This document shows, one piece after another, positions 60,438 to 64,000 of a stretch of DNA of 64,000 nt. The DNA comes from an uncultured delta proteobacterium. Its GTDB lineage: Bacteria > Desulfobacterota > Syntrophia > Syntrophales > UBA2185. A program made the translations under genes and the position numbers. The notes under the pieces were generated by a model. That model was not told where the DNA came from. It searched no databases and worked only from the letters and a program-made list of their open reading frames with translations. Numbering within the stretch: position 1 is the stretch's first letter; each line of letters begins with the position of its first letter. The stretch is taken from positions 1 through 64,000 of the forward strand of contig CAVSPA010000012.1 of assembly GCA_963729715.1 (NCBI GenBank), given 5' to 3'.

Positions 60438-61701
60438 GGCTTGGCAAACAATAATCTTTGCTCTGGTGATGTTTCTTCTGGGGACTCCGGCTACGGCCCA
60501 GGACCTCAAGCTCTCCGACCTTGTTGATGAAGCATTGAAAAACAATCCGGACATCAGGGCTTCACAGGCGAAGATAGAAGCTGCCAAATACCGCATCCCC
60601 CAGTCGAAGAGCCTTCCCGATCCGCAGTTTTCGTTCGGCTATCAGAACGAGGGATTTAATAGGTACACCTACGGTGAGGAACAGGGTTCCCAGTGGATGT
60701 TTTCAGCGTCGCAGCAGTTCCTCTTTCCCGGCAAGCGTGCGCTGAAGGGAGACGTGGCAGAGCGTGACAGCCAAAGCCTGGAGGCCATGCACGAACTGCT
60801 CAAGCTCAAGACGGCGGCGCGGGTTAAAGAACTGTACTACGATCTCTTTCTGGCTTACAAGAATATCGACCTCCTGAAAGACAAGCGAGACCTCTTTACC
60901 CGGACGGAGGACTTGACCCTTGCCCGCTATGCAGCAGGGAAGGCGATGCAGCAGGAGGTCCTCATGGCGCAGACAGAAAAATACATGCTTCTCGAAAAAG
61001 AGGAGATGTTGAACCAGAAGATTCTATCTCAGGAGGCCATGCTTCGGGCCGCAATAGGACGTGAGAAGGGGCCACACCTCGGGCGACCCATCGAACCAGT
61101 CTATGTGCCATTCACAATCACCCTTGATGAGGCCTTGCAGATGGCCGATCAGCACTCACCGGAGATCAGATCCAGGACAAAGATGATCGAAGCAGCAGAC
61201 ACCAGGATACTGATGGCCCAGAAGGAGTACTACCCCGATTTCAGTATCACCGCCGGCTACTTCAACCGATCCGGTGACTTCAAGGATATGTGGAGTGCGC
61301 TGGCGACAGTGAATATCCCCCTGTACTATAAAACTAAACAGGAACCGGCAGTCCTTGAGGCAAAAGCGTCTTATGCACAGGCGAAACAGGAACTGGAAGC
61401 CGTTAAACTGATGATAGCTGCAGCCATACAGGACAATTTCTCTATGATAAGATCATCGGAAAAGCTCATGGACCTTTACAAGAACGGCTTGATCCCCAAG
61501 AACTCTCAGGACGTCGAGTTGGCCCTGTCCGGATATGCCACCGGGAAGACGGAAGCAATAGTCGTGATTACGAGACTGAAGACTCTGCTTGATTACGAAA
61601 TACTTTACTGGAGCCAGTTTGTGGAAAGAGAAAAAGCTATTGCGCGACTCCATGCCATTACGGAAGGTCCGGCTTCATCGTCGGGAGGTGCGAGCAAATG
61701 A
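60421..61701 (+). CDS. TolC-family outer membrane factor (CusC-like)
   Basis: Motifs AL.NNP.I.A, LPDP, Q.F.FPGKR.L and YYPDF; precedes the MFP and RND genes. Confidence 0.9.
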   Translation: MWTSAKAWQTIIFALVMFLLGTPATAQDLKLSDLVDEALKNNPDIRASQAKIEAAKYRIPQSKSLPDPQFSFGYQNEGFNRYTYGEEQGSQWMFSASQQFLFPGKRALKGDVAERDSQSLEAMHELLKLKTAARVKELYYDLFLAYKNIDLLKDKRDLFTRTEDLTLARYAAGKAMQQEVLMAQTEKYMLLEKEEMLNQKILSQEAMLRAAIGREKGPHLGRPIEPVYVPFTITLDEALQMADQHSPEIRSRTKMIEAADTRILMAQKEYYPDFSITAGYFNRSGDFKDMWSALATVNIPLYYKTKQEPAVLEAKASYAQAKQELEAVKLMIAAAIQDNFSMIRSSEKLMDLYKNGLIPKNSQDVELALSGYATGKTEAIVVITRLKTLLDYEILYWSQFVEREKAIARLHAITEGPASSSGGASK

Positions 61702-62972
61702 GAAAGCGAAATACCTTGATAATGTTGATCGCCGCCGGTGCATCGGCAAGTATGTTCCTTCTCGGGATCATCTTTTCCACACCGCTCTTGGCCCAGGGCC
61801 ATGCGGGTCATACTGCTCAGAAACCCGCGGCCACGGAGAAAGATAAGACGGTCAAGCCCGAGGTCCAGCAGGAAGAAGCGGCAGAAGAGATTCCTCAGAT
61901 TGAGATCTCTCCCGAACAGCAGCAGCTCATCGGCGTGAAGACGTTCAAGGTTACGGCAAAGCCCATGCAGAAAGTCATACGAACGGTGGGAAGGATAGAG
62001 GCCGACGAGAAGAAGCTGGCCACCATCAATACCAAGGTCGAGGGCTGGATCGAGAAGCTCTACGTGGACTACACAGGCCGTTACGTTAGGAAAGGGGAGC
62101 CACTGGCGGAGATTTACTCTCCGGAGCTTCTGGCGACCGAGCAGGAGTACCTCAGCATATTGAAGTGGACGGTTAAGCAAACCGTCCCCGCGGATCGACC
62201 CGACGCCGCCCAGTCGGGGCGCGACCAGACAAATACACAAGCGAGCTCTGAATCCGTATCCGAATTACGGGACATGATTACAAAGGACGCCAAGGCTACG
62301 CTGGCTGCGGCCAGAGAGAGGCTGCGGCTCTGGGACATCTCCGAGGAACAGATCAATAAAATTGAGGAGACAGGGAAGCCCGTCCGCACTTTAATCCTTT
62401 ACAGTCCGGTAAGCGGGTACGTTACACAGAAAGCGGCCATCCAGGGGACGAAGGTAATGCCGGGAGAAAAGCTCTTCGATATAGCCGACCTCTCCACACT
62501 CTGGATAATCGCCGATATTTACGAATACGAGTTGCCCTTTGTGCGGGTAGGCCAATCCGCGCGCATCACCCTCAGTTATTTTCCGGGCAGGGAAATGGTT
62601 TCACGTATCGATTATATCTATCCCACCATCTCAGCGGATACGAGGACGGCGAAGGTCCGACTGACTCTGCAAAATCCGAAAGGCGACTTCAAGCCACAGA
62701 TGTTTACAAATGTGGAAATCAGGATCGGTCTCGGTAAAAAGCTTGTCGTCCCGGAATCGGCGGTGATCGATACCGGCGTCGAACAGGTCGTTTATGTAGA
62801 CCGCGGGAATGGCGTTTACGAACCCCGGGTTGTCCAGGTGGGCCTCCGTGCGGACGGCGCGGTGGAAGTCCTGCGGGGCTTGAAAAGCGGCGAGAAGGTT
62901 GTCTCATCGGCCAATTTTCTGATTGATTCCGAAGCGCAGCTCAAGGGTGTTAAACCCTTGCGTAAGCCATAG
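61698..62972 (+). CDS. cusB: CusB-like membrane fusion protein
   Basis: Motifs GWIEKLYV..TG..V.KG.PL.EIYSPEL, IADLS.LW and SANFLIDSE. Confidence 0.9.
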   Translation: MRKRNTLIMLIAAGASASMFLLGIIFSTPLLAQGHAGHTAQKPAATEKDKTVKPEVQQEEAAEEIPQIEISPEQQQLIGVKTFKVTAKPMQKVIRTVGRIEADEKKLATINTKVEGWIEKLYVDYTGRYVRKGEPLAEIYSPELLATEQEYLSILKWTVKQTVPADRPDAAQSGRDQTNTQASSESVSELRDMITKDAKATLAAARERLRLWDISEEQINKIEETGKPVRTLILYSPVSGYVTQKAAIQGTKVMPGEKLFDIADLSTLWIIADIYEYELPFVRVGQSARITLSYFPGREMVSRIDYIYPTISADTRTAKVRLTLQNPKGDFKPQMFTNVEIRIGLGKKLVVPESAVIDTGVEQVVYVDRGNGVYEPRVVQVGLRADGAVEVLRGLKSGEKVVSSANFLIDSEAQLKGVKPLRKP

Positions 62973-62992
62973 ATCAGAATTGAAAGTTTAAT

Positions 62993-64000
62993 ATGATCGC
63001 CAGAATCATTGAATACAGCGCCCGCAATAAGTTTATCATCTTTCTCATTATGTTGATTTCCATTGCCTGGGGCTACTGGGCGCTGAAAAATGCGCCGCTC
63101 GATGCCATCCCGGACCTGAGTGATACCCAAGTCATCATCTATACGGAATGGACAGGCCGAAGCCCCGACCTTGTGGAAGACCAGATCACCTATCCGATTT
63201 CATCCACCCTGCTTGCCGCGCCTCAGGTACAGGCAGTCAGGGGTTTTTCCTATCTTGGCAGCTCGTTCATCTATGTTATTTTTAAAGAGGGGACAGATAT
63301 CTACTGGGCGAGAAGCCGCGTGCTCGAGTATCTTCAGGCCGTTAAGAACAAGATTCCCACTGATGTGAATCCCGTCCTTGGTCCGGATGCGACGAGTCTC
63401 GGCTGGGGTTTTTCCTATGCCGTAGTTGATGAGACGGGTGCGCATGATCTTTCCGAACTCCGCTCGATCCAGGATTATTCGCTCAAACTGGCGCTGGAAA
63501 GCGTTCCCGGCGTTTCGCAGGTCGCGAGCGTGGGCGGGTTTGTGAAACAGTACCAGGTAACCATCGACCCGAACCGCCTCCTTGCCTTCAATATTCCGAT
63601 CACCAAAGTGTTGGAGGTAATTCGTAAGAGCAATCGGGATGTGGAAGGCAGGGTTCTGGAGATGTCCGGCGTCGAATATATGGTGAGAGGGCGTGGATAC
63701 ATCAAGAACCTTAAAGATCTAGAATATGTCGCCCTGGGCACGGATAACGCGGGAACGCCGATCTACTTAAAGGATGTGGCCAGCGTCCGGTTCGGGCCTG
63801 AAATCAGGAGGGGGCTTGCGGAACTGGATGGCAGGGGAGAGGTCGCGGGCGGCATTGTCGTTGTCCGCTTCGGTGAGAATGTCCTCAATGTCATAGAACG
63901 GGTCAAAGAAAAGCTGGAGAAAGATATCATACCCAGTCTCCCCAAGGGTGTTAAAATTGTCACCACCTATGACAGGTCGGACCTGATCAAGCGCTCCATC
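62993..64000 (+). CDS. cusA: CusA/CzcA heavy-metal RND permease (partial, runs off the window)
   Basis: Manual translation MIARIIEYSARN...LDAIPDLSDTQVIIYTEW.GRSP..VEDQITYP...DIYWARSRVLEYL..LGPDAT. Confidence 0.95.
   Translation, partial: MIARIIEYSARNKFIIFLIMLISIAWGYWALKNAPLDAIPDLSDTQVIIYTEWTGRSPDLVEDQITYPISSTLLAAPQVQAVRGFSYLGSSFIYVIFKEGTDIYWARSRVLEYLQAVKNKIPTDVNPVLGPDATSLGWGFSYAVVDETGAHDLSELRSIQDYSLKLALESVPGVSQVASVGGFVKQYQVTIDPNRLLAFNIPITKVLEVIRKSNRDVEGRVLEMSGVEYMVRGRGYIKNLKDLEYVALGTDNAGTPIYLKDVASVRFGPEIRRGLAELDGRGEVAGGIVVVRFGENVLNVIERVKEKLEKDIIPSLPKGVKIVTTYDRSDLIKRSI

Overview
Mostly chromosomal DNA from what is probably an anaerobic deltaproteobacterium (Syntrophales-like; inferred from gene content and order such as lysS-lolE-lolD-bamA, ahbC and rrf2-iscSU-mnmA). 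From left to right: (1) the lysS-lolE-lolD-bamA operon, whose distal 1.5 kb has several indels that look like assembly errors; (2) thiC under a TPP riboswitch; (3) a type II secretion locus gspC-D-E-F-G-H-I-J-K-L-M-N, flanked by a DUF2844/DUF3443 pair, a PagL-like deacylase and an RCC1-repeat lipoprotein; (4) an accessory hotspot around ssb with an AbrB/PIN toxin-antitoxin pair and an HTH/DUF6155-like pair between two 71-76 bp direct repeats, an intact group IIC intron in the ssb terminator, and hipBA; (5) mixed genes: tatA, rodZ, suhB, a B12 radical SAM enzyme, a sigma54-type HTH-ExeA operon, a TPR protein, ahbC, a YihY-cNMP fusion, an OppA-like protein, a QueG-like/cupin pair, a GDSL hydrolase, modF, a broken FimT-like pilin and thrC; (6) a sulfur/Fe-S/Met-Cys cluster; (7) the start of a Cus-type heavy-metal RND operon. 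I saw no tRNA, rRNA or CRISPR array. The most unusual part is the T2SS locus. Its secretin appears to lack one N-domain, ends in a subtilase-prodomain-like module, and is followed by a decayed SPOR domain that is absent from the ORF track. The neighbouring DUF3443 lipoprotein carries the full pepsin-type motif set, and gspN seems to start at ATC. All family assignments come from motif recognition by eye, not from database searches.
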